DNA of 55,877 nt from positions 66,273 to 122,149 of the forward strand of contig MU054027.1 in assembly GCA_013239625.1 (NCBI GenBank). The letters run 5' to 3'. Positions 12,659-24,855 of the stretch are shown in pieces. This stretch comes from Lama guanicoe. Its lineage: Eukaryota. Below the pieces are notes generated by a model. It had not been told where the DNA came from. It searched no databases and was given only the letters and a program-made list of their open reading frames with translations. Position numbers and translations under genes: made by a program. Each line of letters begins with the position of its first letter. Positions within the stretch are counted from its first letter, which is position 1.

Positions 12659-13034
12659 TTGCTGATTCTCCAGGAGTCTGAGCCTTCAGGCAGGAAGAGG
12701 CTAGCTGATCTCTTCCGTGTTGGTAGACATGGGGAGGCCCCCACTGCACTCTTGCCCCATGGATATCACCTGGGGCAGAGGCTGAGTCCAGGTCAGACAA
12801 AACCTCCTGCAGCTTTGCAGTCAGGAAGCTCTGCTGCTTCACCAGCCCTGGGAACTGGGGTCAGTGTCTCACACGGAGCCTCCTTTCACTCATCCTGAAC
12901 ACTCTCATGATGTTCCAGCCCACAGGGGTGGCTGTGAGGCTCTCCTGAGAGGAAGTTTGCCAAGTGCTGACAGCTTGGGGCTTTTTCCAAGCCTCAATCC
13001 TGGTCCCCTCTGCCTAGCTCCCAAGTTCACTCTC

Positions 13035-13101
13035 CTCAGATAATCCTCCATCACCGTGTCCAGCACCATCAGGTCAGTGAGGACTGTGCTAAGAGGACAT
13101 C
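13035..13101 (-). pseudogene. RALGDS: RALGDS-like exon remnant
   Basis: LTDLMVLDTVMEDYL vs FLTDLVMLDTAMKDYL; 5' part has deletions; boundaries approximate. Confidence 0.8.
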
Positions 13102-13492
13102 TTGTGCCATCGGGAGGGGGTGGGATGAGCCTCTGCTCTCAGGTTCCCCTGCGGACCTTCCCCTGAAAACTTCTCACCCTCAGCTCTGGGCCCCACCCCA
13201 GGGGTTCCTCATGGAGCGGTCTCGGACCCTTAATAACCTCCAAGAATACCAGACCCATAATCACCTCCAAAGGTCTGCCTTTGACAAATCACGTGGTATT
13301 TGATCATTGTCCCCTTTTCCACCCCAAAATCCATCCTGCACAAGCTCTTCCAGATCCTCCCGCTGGTCATCTTAAAGGAGGATTTCAGGCAATGTGACAA
13401 CAGAAGGCAGGATGAAGGAGCAAGTCCCCTCCTGTCTAAGTTCGGAGGCCTCCAGCTGAGTGGGGGAGTTCCCTCCCCTACAGGACATTTGT

Positions 13493-13561
13493 CTTCTTCT
13501 GCAACCTCTTCTGTGCACGATGGAATGTCATCATCAGGGTGGCAAAGGCAGAGGGTCGTTC
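13493..13561 (-). pseudogene. RALGDS: RALGDS-like exon, donor lost
   Basis: ggcag|ERPSAFATLMMTFHRAQKRLQKK vs EGTSKFATLEMNPKRAQKR. Confidence 0.8.
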
Positions 13562-15590
13562 CTGCCAGAACTGAGGACAGCGTCACTGAGGCTGTATGCC
13601 GCTCACCCCATCTTCCCCTAGTATCCCTGACCACAGACCTGGACATCTCCCAGCATGCTCTGATTCTAGCCTCACCCCACTTCCAACACTCATTCTGTAC
13701 GTGGCCTTGGCCCCACGGCCTGGCCTCCCTGAGCCTGTTTCCTCATCTGGAAACTGTGGGAATTCCACCTGCCACACAGGTCCTCCTGGGATTTCAGCGC
13801 CATATGGCTGTCATCCCGTCAGCGCTGTTCTTGCCCTCAGCCCTGCAGGGTGGGGCAGGCACACAACCCCCACCTCCCTTTCTTCTCTTTTACCTCATTA
13901 TAGCCTCGTGAGGCCTGTACCAGAGGACCTGTATCCTTATGCTTCGCAGATAAGGAGACACAGGTCCAAACAGGAGCAATGAGTTGCTCAGGGGCCCACA
14001 GAGAAGAGGCTGCACCCACCTCGGAGGCCCACATGTTACGGCTTCCTTCATGCCATCCCAGCCCCACCCAAATGGAAATGCCCTGTCCTCTGGGCTCTCA
14101 AGTTGTGCCCAGGCCCCCATCTGGGTGGGGCCGTGGATGGAGTAAGATGAGGTGTCTTGAAGGCCTGGTTGAATTATCTGCCTGGAGTCTCTGCCACCCA
14201 CCAAAGTCACATCAACACCTTCGCCTCCCCAGGAACAGCTCAGGACAACCCCCTGCATAGCAGTTTCTTTTGATCCACTCAGGAATGAGACACCTGAGAT
14301 GCCACCACTGACTGACAGGGTAGAGGGTGACAGCCATTTTGCTTCCTCTTCTGCGTGAAGCTTCTGAGGTCCTTTGCAGGAAGGATCTACTAAGAATTCA
14401 TCCACTAAGTCCCTGACACACATCTCATAAGCCCCCAGGGCACGTGTCATTACTGACTAGGCACCCAGGTAGGAATCCTGGCTCTGACCAGCGGCGACTG
14501 TACAGGGACACCGTGCACACATATCTCTCTCTGGTCCAGCCATTTGGATCCAAGGCCAGGCAGCACATTTGTAAATCCAGCCCATGGGATTCCCCTGCAG
14601 TGCCCATTCTTGGGGAAACGGGGTGTCCTCCACTTGGAAGTGTGGTGAAGACAGAGGAGCAGCAGGGCTCCCGAGGACCGACTGGGCTGGTTTAGGGAGG
14701 AAAGTTACCTCTCCCCATCCCATCCCCCCAGCGGCCTGGAGAAAGCTAAGTGCCAGCAGGATGGACCAGCATGGAAGCCAGAGACCTGCTGATTTTGCTC
14801 TCAGTCTCCCCTCCTGGAACAGCCCAGCATCACCACTGTATCTCATTACTAGGGCCTCCTGACCCACTTGTGGACAAAGCAGGTCCTTCTTCCTGTTAAT
14901 CCAGAGAAGACTGCAGTTTTTCCAAGAGTCTTTAAGTGAGAAACCAAAAAAAAAAAAAAAAAATCCTGCTCAGTCCCCTGTTCCTCTCACCTCTCCTCTT
15001 TTTTTTTTTCAGACTTTTAGCTTCGATGCTACTGTGATGAGTAGTTCTCTGTTCACTGAGTTGTCTTTGCTACACAGCTTTTTAGATTTTTCAGGAACTC
15101 TTCTTAAGCAGAAAGGAAAGAAGAAAGGAGATGTAGAAAAATATATGAGGGGGCATTAAAATACAAACCCTTTTATTTGAGAACCTAAAAAAAAAATCAA
15201 ACTGCTGGCTGAGGGTTTTCACTGGGCTCCTCTAAGACTCTGTGGGACTAAGGATGGAGCGCTCATGTTGGTCGCCGGGTGACTATTTCCATTTCCGTTG
15301 AAAAGCTCTGTTTTTGATGAGTTTGACTTTCAACTGGACATAGCTCTGTTGCTATAAAGGAGTCAACTGAAGATCTCCAATTTGGCTCAGCCCAGTATCT
15401 GACATTTAACAAAACTGATTCCAAAAGCAGTAGGACTATTGTTTTATCACCTGGGCAAGGCTTAGAGACTCGGCGCCCAAGCCCCTGTCTTTGTCCTTTG
15501 CTGCCTAGGAGGTCCCCCCTGACCTAGAAGGCAGTGACACACACAGGTCCCACATCCACCCTGGACCTCCTATAGGGAGACACTTAGCAC

Positions 15591-15693
15591 CTGGCAGCTT
15601 TCCCCCATGTCACTTTCAGACAGTGAGCCGCAGTGCCCCGCAAGGCAGAGAGGACAGCACGCAGGGAGGAGAAGTCCAGAGGACGTGGCACTC
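15591..15693 (-). pseudogene. RALGDS: RALGDS-like RasGEF exon, 1-nt deletion, acceptor AG>GG
   Basis: ECHVL/FSSLRAVLSALRGTAAHCLKVTWGKAAR|gtgct vs [35 protein letters not shown]. Confidence 0.85.
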
Positions 15694-16072
15694 CCGGGAA
15701 GAGACGGGAACAAGACGTGAGGTGGAAAGCTGCTGCCCTGCTTGCTCTGGCTCGTCACCCTCACTGTCTTCTCCTGCCCTGAGTGATACAGATGTCCAGG
15801 GAGCCCAGAGAGGGCAGAGATGAGATCCAGTGAGTAAGAAAGGAGGATTTTAAAAAAATCCACAGTAAGGAAGATTTTAGCTCCATCCAGAAAATGAACC
15901 ACGTGGGAATAACTAACCCACCACTGGGACATTTGGGTCAAGGTCCACATGGCCCTGGTAGGAAGGGCTGTGCAGAGCCGTAGATCACAGACTTCAATCT
16001 CGGAGCTGATAAAAGAGAGCAGACTGTACCAAGGCTCTGGAGAGGTGACAAACCAGGCTCCCCATGGCAAAC

Positions 16073-16275
16073 CCTGACCACCTTGACTTGGTGCTTCCTC
16101 ACCCTGGCCCTGTCCTGGACTGTCTTCCTCAGGTCATCGAGGCAGGTTGGCCACCTTGCTGAACTGGGTGGTGGTGGCAGGCACAGTGGGTGCCATGTGC
16201 TCATTGCAAGGCTGGATCCCATGGGATCAGATGGAGCCCAGGGAACTGGGAGGGAGCCACCTACTTGAACAACCC
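16073..16275 (-). pseudogene. RALGDS: RALGDS-like RasGEF exon with stops and frameshifts
   Basis: LFK*VAPSQ/LGSI*S..NEHMAPTVPATTTQFSKVAN/TCLDDLRKTVQDRARVRKHQVKVVR|gtttg; acceptor reads TG. Confidence 0.88.
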
Positions 16276-16992
16276 CAGGGGAACAGGAGGAGTGTCACCC
16301 CATATCTGCATTCCAGTCGGGGGTCACTGGTCAGAGCTGGGGCCCAGGAACCCGAGGATGTGGCCTGAGCCTTGTCTGAGTCCTTGGGCTTAGTTCTCTG
16401 TCCCCTGAGAGCACTCAGCACAGAAGCACCCAGGACTCAAGACTGATGAGGAAAGGAGAAGGGTATCTTCACCCAGTTCATACTCACTAACTCCAAGCTC
16501 CTGAAGGCAACTCAGTTCTGCTCGACCCAAGGTGGCACCTTCCACCCGCGCTGGTTGCTCCTCTGCTCTGACTCCCCGGTCACATGCACGCCCCCCTGGG
16601 GCCGCTGCAACGCGGGCTTTGTTTGTAATTATATGTACACCTCAGGCGCCTAACAAGTGCTGAGGCCGCTGAGCAGATGAGCGGGTGATCCACGGCCCTG
16701 GCTGCACACAACATGCTCCAGTCCCCCCGCATGGCTTCCTAGCTGCTCCAGCTCATTTAATCTGCACGGCCACTCCACGCAGCAGGCCCGTTACCATCCG
16801 TCCCTGCTGGCCTCATGCAGATCACAAGGCTTGGGCTTTGTGGAAGCTGCCCAGGCCACATGGCTGGTAAGTGGTGAGTCTGGGGTTTGGACACATTTCA
16901 TAGGGATCTGGGTCAGGGAAAGACAGGCTTGGGGCAGCTGGTGGAAGAGGGGAGCCCTGCCCCAGACACGCACTGAGAACCCAGCTTCTCAC

Positions 16993-17371
16993 CGCATCCA
17001 TCGCAGCCGTCAGAGTCGACTGCTCTGCCACCAGCCTTGGAGGGAAGGCCCTGAGGTCAGGCCTCTCCTTCCTCAACCAGTTTTTTCTGCTCACATGTTA
17101 GAGGCAGGGACACGCTGGGGCTGGAGCTGGCTCTGTGTCTCTTTTTGGAGCTGGAGATGGAATTCCCACCAGAGAAGACTGCCCAGCTGACTCTGGCTCA
17201 CAACCTGGCAGTCATGCTGAGAAGACAGTAGGGCTTGTCCCATCTCTGGAGCAGCTGATGGAGGTGAGCCTGACTCCAGCACTAGATGTGGTGGGAGAAA
17301 CGGAGGTAAAACTATTTCTAGGTCTAAACTTGGCTCTAAGGGTGCAGTGGGAAACACCCTTAGAGCTAATG
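16993..17371 (-). pseudogene. RALGDS: RALGDS-like Pro/Ala/Glu-rich exon into RasGEF start
   Basis: Ends NWLRKERPDLRAFPPRLVAEQSTLTAAMDA|gtgag vs NGLSEEKPHLLVFPPDLVAEQFTLMDA; frameshifted. Confidence 0.85.
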
Positions 17372-17504
17372 CTGGAGCAAGAAAGAGAGTAAGGTTCAAC
17401 CACATAACTGACGTTCCCTGTGCCTTTCCCAAAACAGTAAAGATCCCACTGCCTGTAAAGGAGCACCCAGCCCGTGCCCCCAGCCCAGCCTGCAGCCCCC
17501 CTAT

Positions 17505-17693
17505 CCTCTGGCTCTACCTCAGTGAGGTCTAGAAGTTACACCTTGACTAGGAAAAGGGGAGCTTGGTGAGTCAGGTCTGATCCAGGAAAGCTGACTTACA
17601 CATAGGCCAGCTTTAGCTTGATACAGAGACAGGTCAGGGGCTGCAAGACCTGCTGCACATACTGCTCTGGCCAGGGGCCGAAGGAGAGGGACT
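17505..17693 (-). pseudogene. RALGDS: RALGDS-like exon (REM domain), two stops, donor GT>AT
   Basis: FGPWPEQYVQQVLQP..LAYV*VSFPGSDLTHQAPLFLVKV*LLDLTEVEPE vs LGTWLDQYSEDFCQP..VAYVQLNMPGSDLERRAHLLLAQLE..EAEPE. Confidence 0.8.
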
Positions 17694-18332
17694 CTGTGGG
17701 GAGTCATGTGTGGGGCAGAGTCAGGGGTCTGGCCCTTTACTTCACAGTGTGTTCCCACAGCACCTTTCTTTGGGTCTGGAACCCCGATTATGGCCCCCGT
17801 CCAATTCCAGCCCCTCTGTGGCTGTCCTGGCAGGGGGAGGCCCAGTCATGGAGCAAGTTGGACAGAGATCCTGTGTGAGTCCAGTCTTTCTCCTGAGACT
17901 CTTCTCCCCACGGTCATGCGCACAGCCTACCCCAGCCTCCAAGCACATGGACATCGGGATCGAGTGTGAGACAGTTTTGTGAGTAGGTTGTTCACCACAC
18001 CTCCTGTCCTGGGCCTCGGTGTGGTGGTCAGAAGAGATGGATGTGGAGAAGGAAGGAAAGGGAGACAGACTGTGCAGGGAATGTGTCTCTTGGCGGTTGA
18101 CCCCGCCACCCCACCCCCCCGCTGCTCCCCAAGGGGCTGGGGCCCAAGCACACCTCCCTTTAAGTCATTTGTTTGTTCAGGGGGAAGCTCCCAGACCTCA
18201 ACTCTCCCAGGACAATCAAGACATGTGTGAGATCCAGGCTTGTCAGTCCCTGCTCAGCCACAGATGCCACACTCTCCCTCTCTGTTCTGGGAAGATAGGG
18301 GGGCCCTCCTTGTGGACTTAAAGACCTCTCAC

Positions 18333-18392
18333 AGTTTTAGTTGGTCCTGTGGTTCATCATCAAGGTCAGAACATGGGAGGACGCATCCATAT
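18333..18392 (-). pseudogene. RALGDS: RALGDS-like exon (REM domain)
   Basis: tttag|ATATGGATGC...AAAACT|gtgag, 60 bp, YGCVLPCSDLDDEPQDQLK vs RALGDS YGCILPYSDEDGGPQDQLK. Confidence 0.88.
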
Positions 18393-18844
18393 CTAAAGGA
18401 GGCCTGGAGGGCATCACAGCTAATGCGCTGTGGACATGAATGCTTATGGTACCTGGATTGACTGCTTGACTCTCACACTAGACCCGAGCCCCAGGAATTG
18501 TATCTGCTTCATTCATTGAGTTACCTCAGCATATAGAAAAGTGCCTGCATGCAGTCAGTGCTTAATACACATTGTTGAACCCCAACCACGAACCACCCCA
18601 GTTACCTGAGTGGGCCTGGGGCCCCACTGCCTGCCCCCAAGGATCTAGAAGCTAATGCAGGCTTCCAGGCAACACTAAACAAATAATAAATCAATAATAA
18701 ATCAAGCCTTATAATGTGGTTAATGAAAATCCCCCAATCCAAAGAACAGTAAAGGAGAGATTTATCTAATATATTTTAAAAGTAATACCCCCCCAGAAAA
18801 AGCCACCTTATTAATCCAGAATTTGCTGCAATATTTTATGAGAT

Positions 18845-19216
18845 GTTGCCAAAAAAAAAATTCGCTTCTTTACCCTAGACAGCAAATTCAGACTCAGAGG
18901 CAGCGTTCTGGGAGCAGAGAAAAGAGCAGCTTTGCTGCTGTGCCCAGCAAAGGCAGTCACAGCAGGCTAATACCGTAATGACTGTGAGCCTGTCTCAGCG
19001 TTGGGGTCTTGAGGTTTTGTGAAAAACTGGATAGAACAGAAAAGGTGCTAACAGTCAGGTGCTACGTTTCTCTTAACCTCAATGAACCTTCGGGAGGAAT
19101 TCCAGAGGGTCTGTCCCTCCTTCTGAGATTACCAGCCTGTCATCTCCTTCCTGGAGCGCAGCACCTGGATTAAGTTAGTCTTAGTAAAGAAGGAATCAGC
19201 AAACAATTTTGCATCA
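18845..19216 (-). mobile_element. ERV-type solo LTR
   Basis: TG...CA termini (tgttgcc...gcatca); agctttgctgctgtgcccagcaaaggcagtcacagcaggctaat resembles an antisense LTR R/U5 region. Confidence 0.55.
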
Positions 19217-19714
19217 GGTACGTCAGTTTGTTAGTTTGCTTTATACTCCCTCAAGCTCAAGTGTTAACTAAATACTTTGGCCAGAATTATGTATGTTAAT
19301 GAGGCCAAAATCACATCATATTAGAATGTATGATCTGTTATTAACTTTTTGGTGTATTGAATATATTACTGAGTCCCTAGTCCAATTTCTTTAACTTATG
19401 TTTTATTCTATATTAAACTTGCAAATGTTAGCTAGGAAGAAAAATTGATCCAGGAATTAAAATGTCTTAAGTTATCTCTGAAAAATAATTTTTCAACAAA
19501 TATTTTACTCTTTTGTATAATTTTGATTTTAAGTTTTAGTAGGCATAGACTCATAATACTCTTTTTAATCAAAATTATATCAGGTGAAATGGCTGAGACA
19601 AAATAGCAGGGTCAAAATAGAAGACTAAAAATGGCAAGACTAAATTTTCCTCTGCTCATTTCTCTGTATTTTCACTTTTTAAATTAAAAAATATTTTTAT
19701 TGATGTAAAGTACA

Positions 19715-20172
19715 TATAATGTGGTATATTTATACAATGGAATACTACTCAGCCATAAACACTGACAACATAATGCCATTTGCAGCAACATGGATGCTCC
19801 TAGAGAATGTCATTCTAAGTGAAGTAAGCCAGAAAGAGAAAGAAAAATACCATATGAGATCGCTCACATGTGGAATCTAAAAAACAAAAATAAAAACAAA
19901 CAAACAAAAAAGAAGCATAAATACAGGACAGAAATAGACTCATGGACAGAGAATACAGACTTGTGGTTACCCGGGGGGTGGAGGGTGGGAAGGGATAGAC
20001 TGGGATTTCAAAATTGTAGAATAGATAAACAAGATTACACTGTATAGCACAGGGAAATATACACAAAATGTTATGATAAATCACAGAGAAAAAAAATGTG
20101 ACAATGAGTGTGTATATGTCCATGAATGACTGAAAAATTGTGCTGAACACTGGAATTTGACACAACATTGTA
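19715..20172 (+). mobile_element. Young lineage-specific L1 3' UTR
   Basis: tgccatttgcagcaacatggatg...ctaagtgaagtaagccagaaagagaaagaaaaatacc...aaaattgtgctgaacactgg; runs into an N gap. Confidence 0.9.
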
Positions 20173-20333
20173 NNNNNNNNNNNNNNNNNNNNNNNNNNNN
20201 NNNNNNNNNNNNNNNNNNNNNNNNNNNNNNNNNNNNNNNNNNNNNNNNNNNNNNNNNNNNNNNNNNNNNNNNNNNNNNNNNNNNNNNNNNNNNNNNNNNN
20301 NNNNNNNNNNNNNNNNNNNNNNNNNNNNNNNNN

Positions 20334-21740
20334 AAAAAAAAACAAAAAACAACCCAATTGAAAAATGGGCAGAAGACCTCAACAAGCAATTTTCCAATGA
20401 AGACATACAAATGGCCGACAGGCACATGAAAAAACGCTCAATATCACTAACTATGAGAGAAATGCAAATTAAAACTGCAATGACGTTCACCTCACACCAG
20501 TTAGAATGGCCATCATTCAAAAGTCCACAAACAATAAATGCTGGAGAAGGTGTGGAGAAAAGGGAACTCTCCTACACTGTTGGTGGGAATATAGTTTGGT
20601 GCAGCCATCATAGAAAACGTTATGGAGAGTCCTCAAAAGACTAAAACTAGACTTACAATATGAACCAGCAATCCCACTCCCGGGCTATATCTGGAGGGAA
20701 CTCTAATTTGAAAATATACATGCACCCCAGCATTCATAGCAGCACTGTTTATCAATAGCCAAGACATGGAAGCAACCTAAATGTCCGTCAACAGATGACT
20801 AGATAAAGAAGTGTGGTATACTTATACAATGGAATACTACTCAGTCATAAAAAAGAATAAAATAATGCTATTTGCAGCAACATGGATGGATCTGGAGATC
20901 ATCATTCTAAATGGAGTAAGCCAGAAAGGAAAGAAAAATACCATATGATATCACTTATATGTAGAAGGATCTAAAAAAAAAAAGAAAGAAAGAAGACACT
21001 AATGAATTTATCTGCAAAACAGAAACAGATTCACAGACATAGTAAACAAACTTATGATTACCCAGGGGAAGGAGGTAGGAAGGGATAAATTGGGAGTTCC
21101 AGATTTATAAATATTAACTAGCACATATAAAATAGATAAAAAACAAATTTCTTCTGTATAACATAGGGAACTAATTTAACAATAGTCAAGACATGGAAGC
21201 AACCTAAATGTCCGTCAACAGATGACTAGATAAAGAAGTGTGGTATACTTATACAATGGAATACTACTCAGTCATAAAAAAGAATAAAATAATGCTATTT
21301 GCAGCAACATGGATGGATCTGGAGATCATCATTCTAAATGGAGTAAGCCAGAAAGGAAAGAAAAATACCATATGATATCACTTATATGTAGAAGGATCTA
21401 AAAAAAAAGAAAGAAAGAAAGAAAGAAGACACTAATGAACTTATCTGCAAAACAGAAACAGATTCACAGACATAGTAAACAAACTCATGTTTACCCAGGG
21501 GAAGGAGGTAGGAAGGGATAAATTGGGAGTTCAAGATTTATAAATATTAACTAGTACATATAAAATAGATAAAAAACAAATTTCTTCTGTATAACATAGG
21601 GAACTATATTCAATATCTTTTAGTAATGAAAAAGAATATGAAAACAAATATATGTATGTATATGTATGACTGAAACATGCTGTACACCAGAAACTGACAC
21701 ACTGTAACTGACTACAGTTCAATTAAAAAAAGAAAGAAAA
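20334..21740 (+). mobile_element. L1 3' segment containing an internal ~425-bp tandem duplication (20753-21173 / 21180-21606)
   Basis: [26 protein letters not shown]2 motif; the block caatag.caagacatggaagc...catagggaacta is repeated. Confidence 0.92.
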
Positions 21741-21759
21741 TGTCCCTCCACCTCATTTG

Positions 21760-22000
21760 CTTACTTTTCATTTGGGTTGCTTGCTTTTTCAATTGAGTTT
21801 AAAATTTATTTATCTATTCTGGATATTAATCCCTTATCAGATACATGGCTTGCAAATATGGTCTCTCATTCTATGGGTTGTATTCCCATTTGGTTGATAA
21901 TGTCTTTTGAGACACAAAAGTTTTTAATATTTAAGAAGTCCAATGTGTAAGTTAAAAAAAAATAGCCTGTGTTTTGGGTGTCATTAAATCGTTGCCAAAA
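21760..22000 (-). mobile_element. Older L1 ORF2 fragment
   Basis: tattctggatattaatcccttatcagatacatggcttgcaaatat..ctcattctatgggttg. Confidence 0.7.
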
Positions 22001-22003
22001 TCT

Positions 22004-22574
22004 GCTTTGTCAAGTTGCTAAAAATGATTAGTATTGAGCTTCAATTTTAGAGGTAAAAAAGCTCTGGTTGGTAGAGTGAGACAGCAGCCTGAACCCTAGG
22101 AGCAACAGCATGAGGAGGAGGCCATTATAATGTGAAGGCAGGTGAGAGGACTACATCAGGTGGGCAAGCATGAGATGTGCACATGACACGATGAGATGTG
22201 CACATGACACGATGAGATGAGCACATGACATGATGAGATGTGCACATGACATGATGAGATGAGAACATGACATAATGAGATGTGCACATGACATGATGCC
22301 TTCTTCAATCTGTACACTGTCTACATAGGCAGCTTTGTCAAGTTGCTAAAAATGATTACTATTGAGCTTCAATTTTAGAGGTAAAAAAGCTCTGGCTGGT
22401 AGAATGAGACAGCAGCCTGAACCCTAGGAGCAACAGCATGAGGAGGGGGCCATTAAATGTGAAGGCAGGTGAGAGGACTACATCAGGTGGGCAAGCATGA
22501 GATGTGCACATGACATGATGAGATGTGCACATGACATGATGCCTTCTTCAATCTGTACACTGTCTACATAGGCA
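22004..22574. repeat. Tandem duplication (22004-22331 / 22332-22574) containing a 21-bp minisatellite (6 vs 2 copies)
   Basis: Unit atgagatgtgcacatgaca(c/t)g at 22170-22295 (x6) and 22497-22538 (x2). Confidence 0.92.
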
Positions 22575-22790
22575 CAGGTGGGAACAGTGAGAAATAAGGC
22601 TGGAATTACCCCCGAGGTCAGCTCACCTTCAAAGGTAGCCACTCATTTCACTGTTTCCACTGAGGTTTACAGTATCTCAGTCCCAGGAGAGAGCTTACTT
22701 TGTAGCCACAGGGCAATAAAGAGTGCGGCGTGACCTCTGTACCCAGGAACTCATAGGACCTCTCATTGTGGTAAATGCAGTGTCTGGAGT

Positions 22791-23271
22791 AATTTAGAAG
22801 AGTTTAGAATTACTGGGAGAGTTGGCCAAACCCAAAGATTGAATTGTCTGTTATCCACAAGCTGAACTGGACTCAGGTGAGAACTTGAGACCTTTTCTCT
22901 GCGGCTCCTGCTCACTCGCACGGAGTCCTTCCAGTCTGTGTGTGGGAGAGATGAACGAGACATGCCCAGGCGCGCTGCAGTCCTACTTCCCTTCTGTGAG
23001 TGAGATATGGATGCTGACCTCGGCAGTCCAATTTTAGAAGAGTTTAGAATTACTGGGAGAGACTTGGCCAAACGCAAAGATTGAATTGTCTGTTATCCAC
23101 AAGCTGAACTGGACTCAGGTGAGAACTTGAGACCTTTTCTCTGCGGCTCCTGCTCATTCCCACGGAGTCCTTCCAGTCTGTGTGTGGGAGAGACGAACGA
23201 GACATGCACAGGCGCGCTGCAGTCCTACCTCCCTTCTGTGAGTGAGATGTGGATGCTGACCTCGGCCGTCC
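22791..23271. repeat. ~240-bp tandem duplication (22791-23030 / 23031-23271)
   Basis: tttagaagagtttagaattactgggaga...ggatgctgacctcggc twice with several substitutions. Confidence 0.9.
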
Positions 23272-24269
23272 AACAGGAGAAAGACCCAGTGAGTGTCACC
23301 AAGCCATCCTCCACTGCTGTTTGTGCCACCCCGGAGGGAACCTGCGAGAGAGGCTCGTACGTGTGTAGGAAGCCCTGCCGCTGGCCCTGATACTCCTGCA
23401 TAAAGTGACTTGCGGGAAAAGCAAATGTGTTGCAACCCAGTTACGGTGACCAGGATTGACTAGACGGGCAAAAACACTGAAGCTGAGGACACTTTTAAAA
23501 ACCTACTGAGGGCTGAACTGAAAATGTCAACATTCCAAGAGAGTTCCCGCATCTCAAATAACCTAATATGTCGATGCTAACAGGAAGAATAATAATTATC
23601 CTATATTATACACTTTGGGAAAAAATATGAAACCTAACTTTAAGAAAATAAGTTTGTTTGTATCTTTCAAATGTTGACTAATGTCACTCTTTAGAAATGA
23701 CACAAAGAATTTGTCCATTGAACTTTGAGAAAGGAAATTTCTTTTCTCCTCAATGAGCAAGGAATGTAAACCAGGTGTCAGAGAACTTTATTTGTGTCAC
23801 TGTTCAAGTGGGGACCTCCCTAGGCCTCAGCTTACTTATCTGTAAAATGGAGATAGAAAGGGATGCTAAATATTTTCAAAAAGCTCGTGCAGCTCTGACA
23901 TTCAGTGGGCATATAATCAATGAAAGAAGTTGTGTAATTACTTTATTAAGACACATAACCTTGTAGAATTTAAAAACCAGAGGAGCATAGCTTTAATATG
24001 AATTATTTAAGCAAAATTCTCTTACACATAAAATGTCCTGGGATTTGCCTTTTATTTGAACACTGAGAACACGGCTCCTTCGCTGCTGTCACTGCACTTC
24101 ACTGCTGCCCTTGGGCTTTTAAGTTATATTTAATGTAGATTTACGTTGGGCCTGATGAGACCCTAATTATGACACCCAAAGAGCACATGCTAACTTTTAA
24201 TCTCAATAATACCCATTAATGCAAAGTCTTACCCCAATTTCTTGCTCTGAGTGAGTTGCAGTGAATATA

Positions 24270-24855
24270 TCGCTATATTCACTCCACAGTGGCTCCCAGT
24301 GGCTCCAGTCCTGGCATACACATGCTACTGTAACCACTAGTTAAAGTGGCTCCTGACCAAGAGAATACGTGAAGATGACGGGGTGTCACATCTAAGTTTT
24401 AATGACAAAGGGATTGTCCCTCCCCTCTGACGCATTCCCTCGTGTTCCGTCCCCGGACCTCTCTCCCTCTGCTGTTCTCTCGGTCAGCCTCCTGCTGTCT
24501 CGCTCTGTCTCTGTCTATATCTCTCTGTCGTATTCCTGGATCTGGGGCAGAGCACAGATACTACGCGCTGCCCTTTGGCGAGGCCCACACAAGGAAGAAC
24601 AGAAGGAGCGCCGCTGACAACAGGATGAGAGGAACTAAGGCTCTGGGTCCAGACTGAAGCCCGACAGGCGTCAAGTGCCCGCGCTTGGAAGAAAAGCCTC
24701 AGCTGAGGCCCCGGCCCCCGCCCCCGCCGCGTGGAGACCCGGAGGCAGAGGCATCAAGCCAAGCCGCTCCGGGGCCACGGGAACTGGAAGCTATTAAATA
24801 TTCATGCTTCGTAAGCGCTAAGTTTGGCGGTAATATTATGAGAGAGGAGCAGACA
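24270..24855 (+). mobile_element. MaLR (MLT1D/E-like) LTR remnant, CpG-rich
   Basis: gaggcccacacaaggaagaacagaagg...gaggaactaaggctct...gagacccggaggcagagg...gctaagtttggcggtaatattatg match MLT1 motifs. Confidence 0.6.

Larger units (their letters stand above)
11330..18392 (-). pseudogene. RALGDS: Unprocessed RALGDS-like (Rgr/RGL4-type) RasGEF pseudogene
   Basis: Ten exon remnants in RALGDS order: YGCVLPCSD..PQDQLK; AYV*VSFPGSDL; Pro/Ala/Glu-rich exon ending AFPPRLVAEQSTLTAAMDA; LFK*V..LGSI*S..EHMAPTV..QDRARV; ECHVL..FSSLRAVLSAL; ERPSAFATL..RAQKR; LTDLMVLDTVMEDYL; GNEINSQKQNK; KYKIMAEIILLQVAAENYSLEP..ERLNENE; CILSCWLEP. Multiple stops, frameshifts and broken splice sites; ATTAAA on minus strand at ~11334. 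Confidence 0.9.

Noticed and set aside
13300..13911. 203-aa plus-strand ORF
   Set aside because: Antisense to RALGDS-like exon and intron sequence; no recognisable homology.
14840..14935. Missing RALGDS-like exon (DSFRIFQKL... equivalent)
   Set aside because: Right position and weak similarity (HKWVRRP), but boundaries and frame are not supportable by eye.
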